From sequence record KR014248: a DNA stretch of 64,000 nucleotides. One strand, written 5' to 3'. The stretch's first letter is position 1. Each line of letters begins with the position of its first letter. Below are positions 39,669 to 50,016 of this stretch, in pieces. This DNA comes from Escherichia phage vB_EcoM_AYO145A. The position numbers and the translations under genes were made by a program. The notes under the pieces are model-generated. The model did not search any database and was not told the origin of the DNA. It worked only from the letters and a program-made list of their open reading frames with translations.

Positions 39669-42368
39669 TTAGTGAACCTCAAGCCAGCTTTTACCAACCT
39701 TACCAGTACCTGTAACAAGCGTTTCTTTCTTAAGACCTAAGTTCTTAGAAGCTTGTCCATAATACCAGTCAGTAACTGCTTTCACTTCTGCCGTCATACT
39801 TTCTGGACATTCCCAACTCGTCTCGTCGTGATATGCGCAGAGTAAACGAGCACCAATAGCTGGTTTGCGACCATTCAACTTCATCAAGCCTTCGTCAATC
39901 ATACGACGACAAGCAAGGTTAATCGCCTCATTTTGAATCTGAGCCTCCGAACCCATGAGCAAATAATTCAATAACTTGTGTGGAGATTTACACCACAACC
40001 AAGCTCCAGCAACCTTTACAAAACCCCCTTTAGAGATTGCAGCGGTCTTACCAAACACCTCTTCAAGTGCCTTTTTAGTTGCTTTGTAGTCAGCTTCCAA
40101 GTTATCTAATAGTTTCTTAATCTTTGGCAAACGCACAAAGTAAGTCTGTTTAGTTAATGCACCTTCCTGAGTAGTGGCTGCCTTAATAGTTTTAGCAAAC
40201 TTCTCATCACCTGCACCAAACAGTAGTGCATAGATACCATTCTTAGCTTTCTTACGACCTTTGCTAATCTCATGAAGAAGATTCTCATCCTGAGTAGCTC
40301 GACAAGTCAAGATATCCTGCTCATCATTCAAGCTAAAGTAAATACTGTTCAGTGTGTGTGCATCAGTCCCTGAATAGACAACGTAAAGGTCATTCTCAGA
40401 GTCATAGCGAAGGTACTTATCAATCTCTGGATTGAGGTACTCATCAAAGTGTTTGCAGTAATAACGTCCGTCTTCTTGACGAATAAATTCAATCTCTTCT
40501 TTACCTTGCGTTACCGCTTTGGTGAAGTCTTTATCACCCATAAAGTTACAAAGAAGAACTAGCTGAGCTGAGTTCATATCTACAGAGACAACGTTAGTAC
40601 CTTCCTCACAAATCCACACTGCCCTCATTGGTTCCCCATAGACAGCAGCACCAGACGGTACGTTTACAATACCATATTGTGTCATACGTCCAGTTGAAGT
40701 ACCAAACACCATTGCACCAGCACTAAGGCGACCATCAGGACGAATCTGGTTCAACCAACCTTTTTCATCATCCTTTGAGTTCTCAATAGTTCTGCGTCTG
40801 TGCATCAAAGTGTAGTATTTCGCAATCTTCTGTCCAAGCTCACCTTCAATCGTATCATAAGATGATTCAGTAAGTTTTGGTGAAGTACGGATTAAGCAAG
40901 GCTCAAGCAAATCTGTGTACTTTTTCACAGACCAGTTATGCTCAATGTACTGGACACCTTCATGTTCAACATAACTCAAACCACACCGTTCAACCATCTC
41001 CTGCCACTTAGGATGCTTGGTAATCATCTTTTTGTTGTCTTTGAAACGACAAACCTTAACAGGACGACCATCTGAGTCTTTCTTGTAGTTCCAGTCATCT
41101 GGAATCCAACCAACTGATTTCAAGTAGTCTTTAACAACTGCTACCTGAGTCATACGAGAAACTTCGAACTCAATTGGTGTATATGGTGCATCAATCAAAC
41201 CTGTGTAGCGACTTGACTCAAGTTCAAAGTGGTTAACAACATGACTGTTATAGTACTTCACAGTCTTAACTGTTTTTACTGGCTTCCAGTCTTTGCATTT
41301 CTTACCAATCTTTGCATTCAACTCATTGCAAATTGCACGAGCATCCTTCATTGCTACAAAGCCTTCCTTGTACTCTTCACCAGTCACAGAGTTGGTTGGC
41401 GTATAGCAATTTCTCTTTTCAATGTTAAAAATCTTTGTAGTTGGCTTACCAAATGGTTTTATTTCATAAGTCTGCATCTCGCCATTACGTACCTGCTGAC
41501 GATACTTTGTCTTAGGGTACTTGGTAATTCTCTTCAGTCCATCTGCATGACCAAACGCTTCAACATACTCATTCCAAGCTTTTGCAAATTCTTCTCCAGT
41601 GACTTTACCTTTGGTCTTAATAGTTGGTGGAAGGTGTGGTTCAACTTCTGAAGCAAGCTCATTAGTCAACTTGTCAAGTTCCTTTACATGGAACTCCATA
41701 AGTTCTTTATCAGCTTTCCAACCATTGATAGCTTGTTGACTCATCCAGAAAGATGTTTCTTTAGCTCGCATGTAGGTTTCATAAGTATCTACGCCACACT
41801 TCTTCAGCTTCAGATATTCATTATCCAATGCACGTTTAGTTTTGGCGTTGATACGGATATCTTCCACAACACGAGTAAAGATTTCTGCATTCCACACACC
41901 CCAATGTTCAATCTCTGGTTTACGGACACCAACACGAGCACCCCATGCTGCCAAGCCATGAGCACCTTTATAGCCTTTTGGAGTTGGTCTATCCATCCAC
42001 TGAACACGAGACTGGATAAGAGAATCCTGAAAGAAATTACTCCACGGCTTACACTTTGGATTATCAAAGTTCCACAAATCAGGTGCAATGTGATTGAAAA
42101 CCCACCAGTCATAACCGAGACCATTATGGATGCAAAGACGTTTTGCCTTTAACGCAAATTCAACACCTTCACGTAAGCCGCCCTTAATGTACTTGGTATA
42201 CTTATGACCGAGAATAGGTTCATCTGTAAAGACCCATACAGGTGGCTCTTCATCGTCAGATTTATAGTCTGCGAAAGCCATTACGTGCACTTTAGTGAAC
42301 TCAAGGAGTAAACCATCAGTTTCTGTATCACCAACTAAATGTAAGTTTTTAAAATCTACGTTTTCCAT
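39669..42368 (-). CDS. DNA polymerase, family A, with 3'-5' exonuclease domain
   Basis: Exo I motif GDTETDG. Pol motifs DMNSAQL and KNGIYALLFGAG, with a C-terminal HDE. Start trimmed to the ATG after GAGGGAG. Confidence 0.9.
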   Translation of the reverse strand: MENVDFKNLHLVGDTETDGLLLEFTKVHVMAFADYKSDDEEPPVWVFTDEPILGHKYTKYIKGGLREGVEFALKAKRLCIHNGLGYDWWVFNHIAPDLWNFDNPKCKPWSNFFQDSLIQSRVQWMDRPTPKGYKGAHGLAAWGARVGVRKPEIEHWGVWNAEIFTRVVEDIRINAKTKRALDNEYLKLKKCGVDTYETYMRAKETSFWMSQQAINGWKADKELMEFHVKELDKLTNELASEVEPHLPPTIKTKGKVTGEEFAKAWNEYVEAFGHADGLKRITKYPKTKYRQQVRNGEMQTYEIKPFGKPTTKIFNIEKRNCYTPTNSVTGEEYKEGFVAMKDARAICNELNAKIGKKCKDWKPVKTVKTVKYYNSHVVNHFELESSRYTGLIDAPYTPIEFEVSRMTQVAVVKDYLKSVGWIPDDWNYKKDSDGRPVKVCRFKDNKKMITKHPKWQEMVERCGLSYVEHEGVQYIEHNWSVKKYTDLLEPCLIRTSPKLTESSYDTIEGELGQKIAKYYTLMHRRRTIENSKDDEKGWLNQIRPDGRLSAGAMVFGTSTGRMTQYGIVNVPSGAAVYGEPMRAVWICEEGTNVVSVDMNSAQLVLLCNFMGDKDFTKAVTQGKEEIEFIRQEDGRYYCKHFDEYLNPEIDKYLRYDSENDLYVVYSGTDAHTLNSIYFSLNDEQDILTCRATQDENLLHEISKGRKKAKNGIYALLFGAGDEKFAKTIKAATTQEGALTKQTYFVRLPKIKKLLDNLEADYKATKKALEEVFGKTAAISKGGFVKVAGAWLWCKSPHKLLNYLLMGSEAQIQNEAINLACRRMIDEGLMKLNGRKPAIGARLLCAYHDETSWECPESMTAEVKAVTDWYYGQASKNLGLKKETLVTGTGKVGKSWLEVH

Positions 42369-42428
42369 TTTTACTCCCTCTAAAATCATTAACCTCATAC
42401 ATTACTGCAAAAAATTATAAAAAGCAAG

Positions 42429-42458
42429 TTGACAATGCACTTGACAAGGTGTTAATCT
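42429..42458 (+). promoter_or_regulatory. sigma70-like early promoter with a tandem TTGACA
   Basis: TTGACA at 42429-34, 18 nt, TAATCT at 42453-58. A second TTGACA lies inside CTTGACAAGGTGT (42440-52). Homologous to the 826 promoter. Confidence 0.5.
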
Positions 42459-42625
42459 TTGCGAAGTGGGTTTTTACTTAAAAGGTTACTTAACAGTTTA
42501 ACTATACAGATACTTTAAAACTCTTAAAAGATTATTTAATAGCTTTTAAGAAGCTTTAAAGTATAACGTATAGAATACGTTAAGATAAAAGATTAAAACT
42601 TAATAGTTACTTAAAAGAGGCTTAC

Positions 42626-43048
42626 ATGCAGAAAATGTTTGTTCACCCAGACATAGCTGACTTTGTTAGAGCTTTGCAGAAGTTGGAAGAACTTGACATT
42701 GCTGCTCAACGGGAATATGCTCACCATCACAGGAGAATGGTTGATATACAACATGAAATAGAGTTGTCTGAAAACTATGAAGATGACTTAAAATGCTCTG
42801 TGTTTGAGCATATGAAAGATGTTGCTACAGCGAGACGCAAAGCTAAAGACACAGTTTCTTTACTAGATTCTCTTAAAAAGAGGTTGCAAAGTGGTACAGA
42901 CCTGTGTAATCTAGCGTCACTGATTAACGATGTTGAAACTTCTTGGGATAGACACTATTATCCACGTTCTGAAAAGACACTTGACTTTTCTTCATCCGAA
43001 AACTTAAAATGTTCTAGAAAGAAACTTAACCAACTGAGAGAGAAATAA
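42626..43048 (+). CDS. hypothetical early protein
   Basis: 140-aa ORF with AAAGAGG RBS, first gene after the early leader. Confidence 0.65.
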   Translation: MQKMFVHPDIADFVRALQKLEELDIAAQREYAHHHRRMVDIQHEIELSENYEDDLKCSVFEHMKDVATARRKAKDTVSLLDSLKKRLQSGTDLCNLASLINDVETSWDRHYYPRSEKTLDFSSSENLKCSRKKLNQLREK

Positions 43049-43049
43049 T

Positions 43050-43850
43050 ATGAATATCGATGTAGAAAAGATGCTTGAAGAGAAAGGTGTTGATGAAGCA
43101 TTCTTAATCAATGCCGTAGAAAGCATGGCTATGATTCTTCGTGGTAATAACTACACAGAACAGTTTATGCCTGCAAGTTATAACTTGCCTGAAGACAAGT
43201 CTGATAACGGTGCTTTTGCAGAACAGGTTAATATGATGTTGACAGACACTACACTTGCTCTGGCATCTATTGCGGTTGGTGTTGATGCACTTGCTGAGTT
43301 CATTTTTTATGAAATGCAAAAGAATGACTATATCAGGATGTCAGACGAAGATAAGGAACTGTTGCTGACTAAGGACACTGATTTCATTATTGATACGCTT
43401 ATCTCATCAACGAGTGCTGTTATGGCTGTTCTTGAGAAGCGTATGGAAGAGAAACTTTCACGATATGAAAAACTTGATTGGGGCGTAGAAGAATTAAACC
43501 CACGAATCAAAGAGATTATCCAGCAAACTAAAGAGTCTTTGGAAGAAGCTGTTGAAAATGACTCTGTAGCTGACATTGAACCACTTCAGGTGAAAGTTGC
43601 ACTGATGATTCCAGCTATCTCTACGATGATGAATATCGTTGCACTAATCCAACTGTCACAGATGATGGGTGTGAGTATTGAGTTCATTGAGGAAATGACT
43701 GGTGGCGTTAGTATGCAAGCAATCAATGATGTTTTGGTGAATATTGGTGCTTCAATCATTGAAGAGAAACTACGCATTAACTTTGGTGATGATTTTGTGA
43801 AGCAAATCTCAGCTATGGCTGAAAAAGAGTATGCTGACCAACTGCACTAA
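43050..43850 (+). CDS. hypothetical protein
   Basis: 266-aa acidic ORF, followed by a terminator. Confidence 0.65.
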   Translation: MNIDVEKMLEEKGVDEAFLINAVESMAMILRGNNYTEQFMPASYNLPEDKSDNGAFAEQVNMMLTDTTLALASIAVGVDALAEFIFYEMQKNDYIRMSDEDKELLLTKDTDFIIDTLISSTSAVMAVLEKRMEEKLSRYEKLDWGVEELNPRIKEIIQQTKESLEEAVENDSVADIEPLQVKVALMIPAISTMMNIVALIQLSQMMGVSIEFIEEMTGGVSMQAINDVLVNIGASIIEEKLRINFGDDFVKQISAMAEKEYADQLH

Positions 43851-43868
43851 GTCTTTATAAATCTTACA

Positions 43869-43892
43869 AGCCTCCTTAGTTGGGGGCTTTTT
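43869..43892 (+). terminator. rho-independent terminator
   Basis: AGCCTCC-TTAGTT-GGGGGCT followed by TTTT. Confidence 0.7.
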
Positions 43893-43911
43893 AGTAATTA
43901 AGGGAGATAAA

Positions 43912-44655
43912 ATGAGTAATATTATTGCATTTACTGGAAAGGCACGTTCTGGAAAAGACACCTCGTGTTCTATTGTGAAGAACATCTTAGAAGATGAATA
44001 TGGCTATAATGTTGCTGTAATGGCTTATGCAGACAACCTTAAGCTATCTGCATCAAAGATATTTGACCTGACTTGGAATGACCTGTATGGTGAAACTAAA
44101 GAGACTCCACAGGTTTTTGATTTATCATACTCTGAACTTATGCCTAAAGTTACGGAGGCTATCGAGTTCACCTTCAGAGATGAACGTTACCATATGGACT
44201 TTAAGCTTATGTCAGAGTTAACCGGACGATTGGTCATGGAGCTTAAGAAGGTCGCTAAACCGACTCTATTGACACGTCTAGGGTTTAGTAAAAAGTATAA
44301 ATTCTCATCAAGACAAATTCAACAGATTTGGGGTACTGAAGTCATCCGTAAAGTTATGGGTGACAAATTCTGGGCTAAAGACCTTGAAAAACGAATGGCT
44401 CGCTTCTTTGAATCTTGTTCACTTATGAATCAAGAAGGTGTTGTTTTAATCAGTGACTTAAGGTTTGACTCTGAAGCTGAGTGGCTGAGTAGATTTGCAC
44501 ACCAAACTATTGAAGTAAAAAGAGACAACGTGGACAAAGTTTCATCACATGTTTCAGAAAATGGGATTTCTACCAAATATGCGCGTGACATTATCCATAA
44601 TAATGGTACTCTTGCAGACCTTGAAAGTAAGCTAAGAGCTATCCTGAAAATTTAA
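43912..44655 (+). CDS. P-loop kinase, dNMP-kinase-like
   Basis: N-terminal FTGKARSGKDT P-loop. The size (247 aa) and context resemble phage deoxynucleotide monophosphate kinases. Confidence 0.55.
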   Translation: MSNIIAFTGKARSGKDTSCSIVKNILEDEYGYNVAVMAYADNLKLSASKIFDLTWNDLYGETKETPQVFDLSYSELMPKVTEAIEFTFRDERYHMDFKLMSELTGRLVMELKKVAKPTLLTRLGFSKKYKFSSRQIQQIWGTEVIRKVMGDKFWAKDLEKRMARFFESCSLMNQEGVVLISDLRFDSEAEWLSRFAHQTIEVKRDNVDKVSSHVSENGISTKYARDIIHNNGTLADLESKLRAILKI

Positions 44656-44663
44656 AAGAGAGA

Positions 44664-44864
44664 ATGAAGATGAGAGTAAAAGATAATTTTAAAGTTATTG
44701 ACCATCGTTTAGTGGAACTCTCATCTCTTTCCAATGAGGTAATGATTGAACGTCTTAAGAGAGTTGAATCACGAAGGAAAGAGATTGCAGATGAAATTCA
44801 TGAACTGGACAAGATTGAAAATGGATTAAAAGCAGAACTACAACGAAGAGGTGCTAATGTCTAA
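44664..44864 (+). CDS. hypothetical coiled-coil protein
   Basis: 66-aa ORF. Confidence 0.5.
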   Translation: MKMRVKDNFKVIDHRLVELSSLSNEVMIERLKRVESRRKEIADEIHELDKIENGLKAELQRRGANV

Positions 44865-46842
44865 AGGTCGTAAATTGAAAGAGGCTGGTCAGTTTGTTGG
44901 TCATTGTGCATGTCCACGTTGTGGTTCATCAGATGCTGGTTCAATCTATCATCATGATGATGATTCTTATTCGATGACTTGCTTTAGTTGTAACAAAGGT
45001 TTCCCAGAGTGGGATTTTGATAAAGGACAAATCGTGAGCACTTATTCTACTGGTTCAGACAATAAAAACCGTACTTTCCGTGGAATGGATTTAGACGATG
45101 TAAAAGAAAACCTTGAAGCAATGGACTTGAAAGACAGGAAGATTCCTGCAAAAGTTCTTGAGCGTTTGGGTATCAAGGTTGACATTGACAGTGACGGTGA
45201 AATTGATGCGCACTTCTATCCAACTTACAAGCGTAATGAAGATGGCAAGCTAGAACATGTTGGCTACCGTGTTCGTCACCGTTACCCAGAAGACCATCCA
45301 AAAGAGCACCTACGTGGTAAGCTAAAAGACTTCTCAGGTGGTGTTGGAGACATTAAAGGTGAACTGGCGATGTTCGGTTCATGGATTGCTCCAGAAGGTG
45401 GTAACCGTCTATTCATCTGGGAAGGTGAGATGGAATGTGCAACAGCAATCTACATGACTTCTTTGGCGATTAAAGATAAGTCTCGTCGTAAGAATTACTG
45501 TCACGTATCTGTTCCATCAGGTGCAAACATCAAGTCTATCAAAGATAACTATCAGTACATTACATCATTTGATGAGATTTACTTGTGCTTTGATAACGAT
45601 GAAGCAGGTGCTAAAGCCACTAAAGAGGCTGCTGGCATTCTCCCTATTGAGAAGGTTCGTTTATTCCAGTATCCAGAGGGTGTAAAAGACCTTAACGAGT
45701 GGTGGACAAAGTTCTATAAAGAGAAAGATACAGTTCTGGAAGGATTTAAGCAGCGTATCTACAACGCACCTCGTTACTGCCCTGCTGGTATCAAGAACTT
45801 CGCAGATGGTTTTGAGGCAATGAAGAATCGTGGTCAGATTCCATTGATTCCTTTCCCAGAATCTTTCGGGGATTTGAACAGGTTGACTTATGGTGGTTAC
45901 GGTTTAGGTGAGATTACAACTATTGCAGCACCATCTTCAGTAGGTAAGTCAGCTTACACTCGTGAGATGATTTATTCAGCTTGGAAAGAAACTGATTATA
46001 ATATCGGTGTAATTCCTGTAGAAGATACCTATGAAGAGTTGATGGAGATGCTCTGTGCAATTCACCTGAGCAAACAGATTTCTGAGATTCCTTATGATGA
46101 ACGGGATTGGGATGAATTAAAGGGAGCACACGCAGAACTATCTAAAGGTCGTCGTATCCATATCGTTGACCATCAAGGGGCAATTGACCAAGATAACCTG
46201 CTGGAGTTTGTTGACTATCTTGTTAACAGCTTAGACTGTAAGATTATTATTCTTGACCCTATTACGTTGGCTCTGTCACGTTCTGATACGGATGAAGAGG
46301 AAGTTTTGTCTGAGCTATTGCGTCGTTGCAAACGCTACCAGTATGCGCAGGTAAACGTATGTCACGTTCGTAAGAGTGCAGGTGGTCAAAAGGCTAACTC
46401 TGAAGGTGGGGATATCTCTGAAGAGGATATCAAGGGTTCTGGTGCGTATTTCCAGATTTCCATGAATAATATTTTGTTAATGCGTAACAAGGTTGACCCA
46501 GACCCTGTTAAGAAAAACTTGACAAAAATCAAGTTAACTAAGTGTCGTCGTCATGGCAAGTCAACAGGTATTGCGGGTCATACTTGGTACAATCCAGATA
46601 CAGGTCGTCTTATCAAAGCTTCTGGATGTGGTGTTGATATTGATGGTGCAGCAGAAAATATTCGTCAACAGTTTGGTATTGGTGAAGCTGAAGACCATTA
46701 TGATGACTCTTTGCCTCATTATGAGGATGAAGTGTTTGACCGTGAGACTGGTGAAGTCTATGCTGAAGAGCAGCGTCAAAGTTCAACGATTCCACCTGTA
46801 TTAAGTGAGGATGTAGATGACTGCCCATTCGAAACTGAGTGA
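44857..46842 (+). CDS. bifunctional DNA primase / DnaB-like helicase (T7 gp4-type)
   Basis: Zinc finger CPRCGS...CFSCNKG, a TOPRIM-like EGEMECAT...DNDEAG, and Walker A APSSVGKSAY. Start at the ATG after AGAGGTG. Confidence 0.85.
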   Translation: MSKGRKLKEAGQFVGHCACPRCGSSDAGSIYHHDDDSYSMTCFSCNKGFPEWDFDKGQIVSTYSTGSDNKNRTFRGMDLDDVKENLEAMDLKDRKIPAKVLERLGIKVDIDSDGEIDAHFYPTYKRNEDGKLEHVGYRVRHRYPEDHPKEHLRGKLKDFSGGVGDIKGELAMFGSWIAPEGGNRLFIWEGEMECATAIYMTSLAIKDKSRRKNYCHVSVPSGANIKSIKDNYQYITSFDEIYLCFDNDEAGAKATKEAAGILPIEKVRLFQYPEGVKDLNEWWTKFYKEKDTVLEGFKQRIYNAPRYCPAGIKNFADGFEAMKNRGQIPLIPFPESFGDLNRLTYGGYGLGEITTIAAPSSVGKSAYTREMIYSAWKETDYNIGVIPVEDTYEELMEMLCAIHLSKQISEIPYDERDWDELKGAHAELSKGRRIHIVDHQGAIDQDNLLEFVDYLVNSLDCKIIILDPITLALSRSDTDEEEVLSELLRRCKRYQYAQVNVCHVRKSAGGQKANSEGGDISEEDIKGSGAYFQISMNNILLMRNKVDPDPVKKNLTKIKLTKCRRHGKSTGIAGHTWYNPDTGRLIKASGCGVDIDGAAENIRQQFGIGEAEDHYDDSLPHYEDEVFDRETGEVYAEEQRQSSTIPPVLSEDVDDCPFETE

Positions 46843-46912
46843 TAGCTATAAAAGAGAGGGGTTCACACCCTTCTTTGAAGAAAAAAGTTTAAATAAATTT
46901 CAGGAAGAGTGT

Positions 46913-46941
46913 TTGACAAAGATTGATAGGTTCTATAGAAT
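46913..46941 (+). promoter_or_regulatory. consensus-like promoter just after the primase-helicase gene
   Basis: TTGACA at 46913-18, a 17-nt spacer, TAGAAT at 46936-41. Confidence 0.65.
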
Positions 46942-47094
46942 GCTCCTTATGAAATGCGATGGGGGAGTTGAGATAAAAGAAGATTTCCACCAGAGCATGA
47001 TTACAGTCATCATTGCACTGCCTCAGCATAATATTAGTTGGCTGTTTATAATTAAAGAAAATGTGTTTGAATATCAAGTATATCGGAGAATATC

Positions 47095-47244
47095 ATGAAA
47101 CACTCTAAAGCATTTGAAAAAGTTTTTGGGGATTCCTTAAAAGCCACTGCTGGCAAACCAGCAAAATACTATGAAGAGAAGCGTGTAAGAACTGGAAAAA
47201 CTGCACGTAAAGCAGCTTCTAAAGATAAGCACAACTTCCAGTAA
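47095..47244 (+). CDS. hypothetical small basic protein (not in the ORF track, 49 aa)
   Basis: ATG preceded by GGAGAA. The frame MKHSKAFEKVF...KDKHNFQ ends just before promoter 47252. Confidence 0.45.
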   Translation: MKHSKAFEKVFGDSLKATAGKPAKYYEEKRVRTGKTARKAASKDKHNFQ

Positions 47245-47251
47245 TTAATGT

Positions 47252-47280
47252 TTGACAATAGAGTATCAACAAATTAGAAT
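47252..47280 (+). promoter_or_regulatory. consensus-like promoter for the SSB-like gene
   Basis: TTGACA at 47252-57, a 17-nt spacer, TAGAAT at 47275-80. Confidence 0.7.
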
Positions 47281-47316
47281 TGGTACTCTTCATAAATTGA
47301 GATAGAGGTTTAAATA

Positions 47317-48174
47317 ATGTCTAAAGTTGTTAAAATGAAAGCTCCGGTAGAGAAGTACAACGGTACTGAACGTCAAACTCTGCGTTACCTTCTGAAAGAT
47401 GTCTGGTTTTATTACCTGAACACTTCACCACGTCCGGGAAAAGGCAAGTCCATTGATAAGAAATTCCCAGGCAAAGACTGTAACTACAGCGTTTCAATTC
47501 TGGCAGAAGATGGTAACAAGCTGTTTAAAGAGTTTACTAAGTCTAAGAAGAACCCAGAAGGTTGGGATAAAGTTACTACTGAAGCAGTTGATGCAGATGA
47601 CTTCGAAGAGAAGTTTGGCTGCAAACCACCATTTGAAGCAGACACTTACTACATCTTGAAAGTAAGTCGTGCAGCAGCTTATAAAGATGGTGCTGTATGG
47701 ACAGCTAAACAGTCATTCCCTGTAATGCTGATTGAAGAAGTAAATGGTAAGCGTGTAGCTGTTAAACAGCCGATGAAGAAAATCAAAGCTCAAGCATCTG
47801 ACAAACATGAAGATGACAAGAACTATGATGTAATTCATCCAGATATTGCAGTTGGTAACGGTTCTTTTGGTAGTGTGATTCTTTCTACTCACTTCTACAC
47901 TTTTGAGAACAATGTTCTGACAAAACCTATTCAGGAACAGTTTATCATTGATACTCTTGTACCTTACACTGGTGGTAACGGTGCTAATGGCGAACCTGAA
48001 CTGGATGAAGACGAACTAGCTATGCTTGGTCTTGATGGTGTTGAAGATAACGGTGAAATCACTGAAGAAGATGCAAAAGACCACAAACCTTCGAATGATT
48101 CTGATGATGGTGACGATGAAGACTTGCCAGACCCAGATGACGAAGAAGATGAAGACTTCGATACAGAAGACTAA
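47317..48174 (+). CDS. putative single-stranded DNA-binding protein
   Basis: 285 aa with a strongly acidic C-terminal tail (DDGDDEDLPDPDDEEDEDFDTED). Has its own consensus promoter and a terminator. Confidence 0.5.
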   Translation: MSKVVKMKAPVEKYNGTERQTLRYLLKDVWFYYLNTSPRPGKGKSIDKKFPGKDCNYSVSILAEDGNKLFKEFTKSKKNPEGWDKVTTEAVDADDFEEKFGCKPPFEADTYYILKVSRAAAYKDGAVWTAKQSFPVMLIEEVNGKRVAVKQPMKKIKAQASDKHEDDKNYDVIHPDIAVGNGSFGSVILSTHFYTFENNVLTKPIQEQFIIDTLVPYTGGNGANGEPELDEDELAMLGLDGVEDNGEITEEDAKDHKPSNDSDDGDDEDLPDPDDEEDEDFDTED

Positions 48175-48193
48175 TCTCTAAAAGTTACTTTAA

Positions 48194-48220
48194 AGCCCTG
48201 TACTTAGTATGGGGCTTTTT
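48194..48220 (+). terminator. rho-independent terminator after the SSB-like gene
   Basis: AGCCC ... GGGGCT stem followed by TTTTT. Confidence 0.65.
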
Positions 48221-48236
48221 CATATGGAGAGTCACA

Positions 48237-49277
48237 ATGGAGAAGTATACATTAACAAAACTTCCCGATTCAGTTACACATGTCTTTATTGACTCTGACA
48301 GTATTGCCTATAAAGGTGCTTGTGTAGTTGAGAAAGCAAAATATAAATATGTCAATAAACTCACAGCAGAAGAGTCTGAATCATTTGATAATGCAAAAGA
48401 TGCTGCAAGATGGTTAGCAGACCAGAGAATCCTTGTAGAAGAGCTTGGCCTAGCATTTGATGAAGATGAATGGGAAAGACAGACTTGGAAAGAAGCTAAG
48501 AGTGAAAAAGAAGCTATCATGGCTACTCAGCAGGTTCTTCAGGAATGGCTTAAGGTTGTTGGTAAAGAAAGAACTTGGGTAGGTTATTTAACAGAGAAGG
48601 GTGTACATAAACATAAAGACATTAAAGGTCTTGAGCACCAATATCAAGGTAACCGTAAAGATGCTGTCACACCAACACACTTAGTTGCTTGTCGTGAATA
48701 TCTTTTATCCAGACCAGAGTTCAAGCTCTTAAGGGGTGGCTTCGAAGCCGATTCAATCGTAATTGCTAAAGCTGAAAAGATGGGTAAGAAAGCTGCTCTT
48801 ATGAGTATTGACAAAGACCTTCGACAAGCTGAAGGGACTTATTGTATTGATATGACTTATGAAAAGTCACCACTAATTTTTATTGCTGACAATAATGTTG
48901 GTGATATCTGGGATTGCCCTATCAAATCAAAACCAAAAGCTGCAAAAACAGTTGGTGTAGGTTTTAAATTCTTGTGTTATCAGGCTGTTGCTGGAGATAA
49001 TGCAGACAACTACTTCGGCCTTAAAGGTGCTGGAAAAGTAGCTGTGATGAATGCTTTAGATGGTAAAGAGACCTACAAAGAGTGTCTTGATGCTATCTAT
49101 GAACTCTATGCTAAAAAAGACTCTTATACCTATGTGTCATGGGATGGACAGACTGTTACAAAGACACCGTTAGAGTTAATGGAGCAGCATTTCTGGGTGG
49201 CATATCAAGAGAGAAATCCAAAAGATAATTTCTCTTTTAAGAAATATAATTGGGAGCCGTGTATGAATGAAGATTAA
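48237..49277 (+). CDS. 5'-3' exonuclease / flap endonuclease (RNase H-like)
   Basis: Acidic active-site clusters FIDSDSIAYKG, SIDKDLRQ and GDNADNYFGLKGAGKVA. Confidence 0.8.
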   Translation: MEKYTLTKLPDSVTHVFIDSDSIAYKGACVVEKAKYKYVNKLTAEESESFDNAKDAARWLADQRILVEELGLAFDEDEWERQTWKEAKSEKEAIMATQQVLQEWLKVVGKERTWVGYLTEKGVHKHKDIKGLEHQYQGNRKDAVTPTHLVACREYLLSRPEFKLLRGGFEADSIVIAKAEKMGKKAALMSIDKDLRQAEGTYCIDMTYEKSPLIFIADNNVGDIWDCPIKSKPKAAKTVGVGFKFLCYQAVAGDNADNYFGLKGAGKVAVMNALDGKETYKECLDAIYELYAKKDSYTYVSWDGQTVTKTPLELMEQHFWVAYQERNPKDNFSFKKYNWEPCMNED

Positions 49278-49764
49278 AGGATTTGGCAATTGCCCAACCT
49301 ATGGTCATTGGGTATCTTTATGTGGGGAAGTTGACCCCACTAAACATTTTGGTTTTGTCTATTTAGTGCACTGTAAGAAAACCGGACAATATTATATAGG
49401 AAAGAAACAGCTTAACAGTGTGACAAAAAGAAAAGTTGCTGGGAAGACTCGGAAGAAGGTAGTCACTAAGGAGAGTGATTGGATGACTTATGAGACTTCT
49501 TCTGAGTATATTAAAAAAGATATTGAGAGCTTTGGAAAAGAATTTTTTGACTTTTACATTATTCAGACCTACTACACAAAAGGTGGCCTAGTCTATGGTG
49601 AAGCAAACCTTCAACATAAATTCGATGTAATGACAAAAAGGATTGACTCGAAGCTCAGACTCTTCTACAATGCCAATATTGCAGCAATTAAGTTTATTAC
49701 TAAAGAAACTTATGAAGATGCTGAAAAAAGAATCCATAAGGTAATGAAAGCAAACTGTGCTTGA
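49267..49764 (+). CDS. GIY-YIG-like nuclease domain protein (possible homing endonuclease)
   Basis: FGFVYLVHCKKTGQYYIGKK resembles the GIY...YIG motif. The ORF is free-standing between replication genes. Confidence 0.45.
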   Translation: MKIKGFGNCPTYGHWVSLCGEVDPTKHFGFVYLVHCKKTGQYYIGKKQLNSVTKRKVAGKTRKKVVTKESDWMTYETSSEYIKKDIESFGKEFFDFYIIQTYYTKGGLVYGEANLQHKFDVMTKRIDSKLRLFYNANIAAIKFITKETYEDAEKRIHKVMKANCA

Positions 49765-49785
49765 TAACTATTGAGAGAGAATAAA

Positions 49786-50016
49786 ATGTTTAACAAAAGC
49801 AAAGCTGTGAGTCATGTAGCAAAAGTTGACAGCAAAATTGAAGAACTTGAGCGCATCCTTGCAAATGCTAGAGAGTCAATAATCAAAGAAGTTGAAGCTG
49901 TTGAATCTCAAATGCAGCACCTAATGCTTAAACGTCAAGAGCTACGTGAGCATCTGGAATATATTGAAACACGAGAGCTAAAGGTTAACAGATTTTTAAG
50001 GAGTCCAAATGTTTAA
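49786..50016 (+). CDS. hypothetical coiled-coil protein
   Basis: Track ORF trimmed to the ATG after GAGAGAGAA. Confidence 0.5.
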   Translation: MFNKSKAVSHVAKVDSKIEELERILANARESIIKEVEAVESQMQHLMLKRQELREHLEYIETRELKVNRFLRSPNV

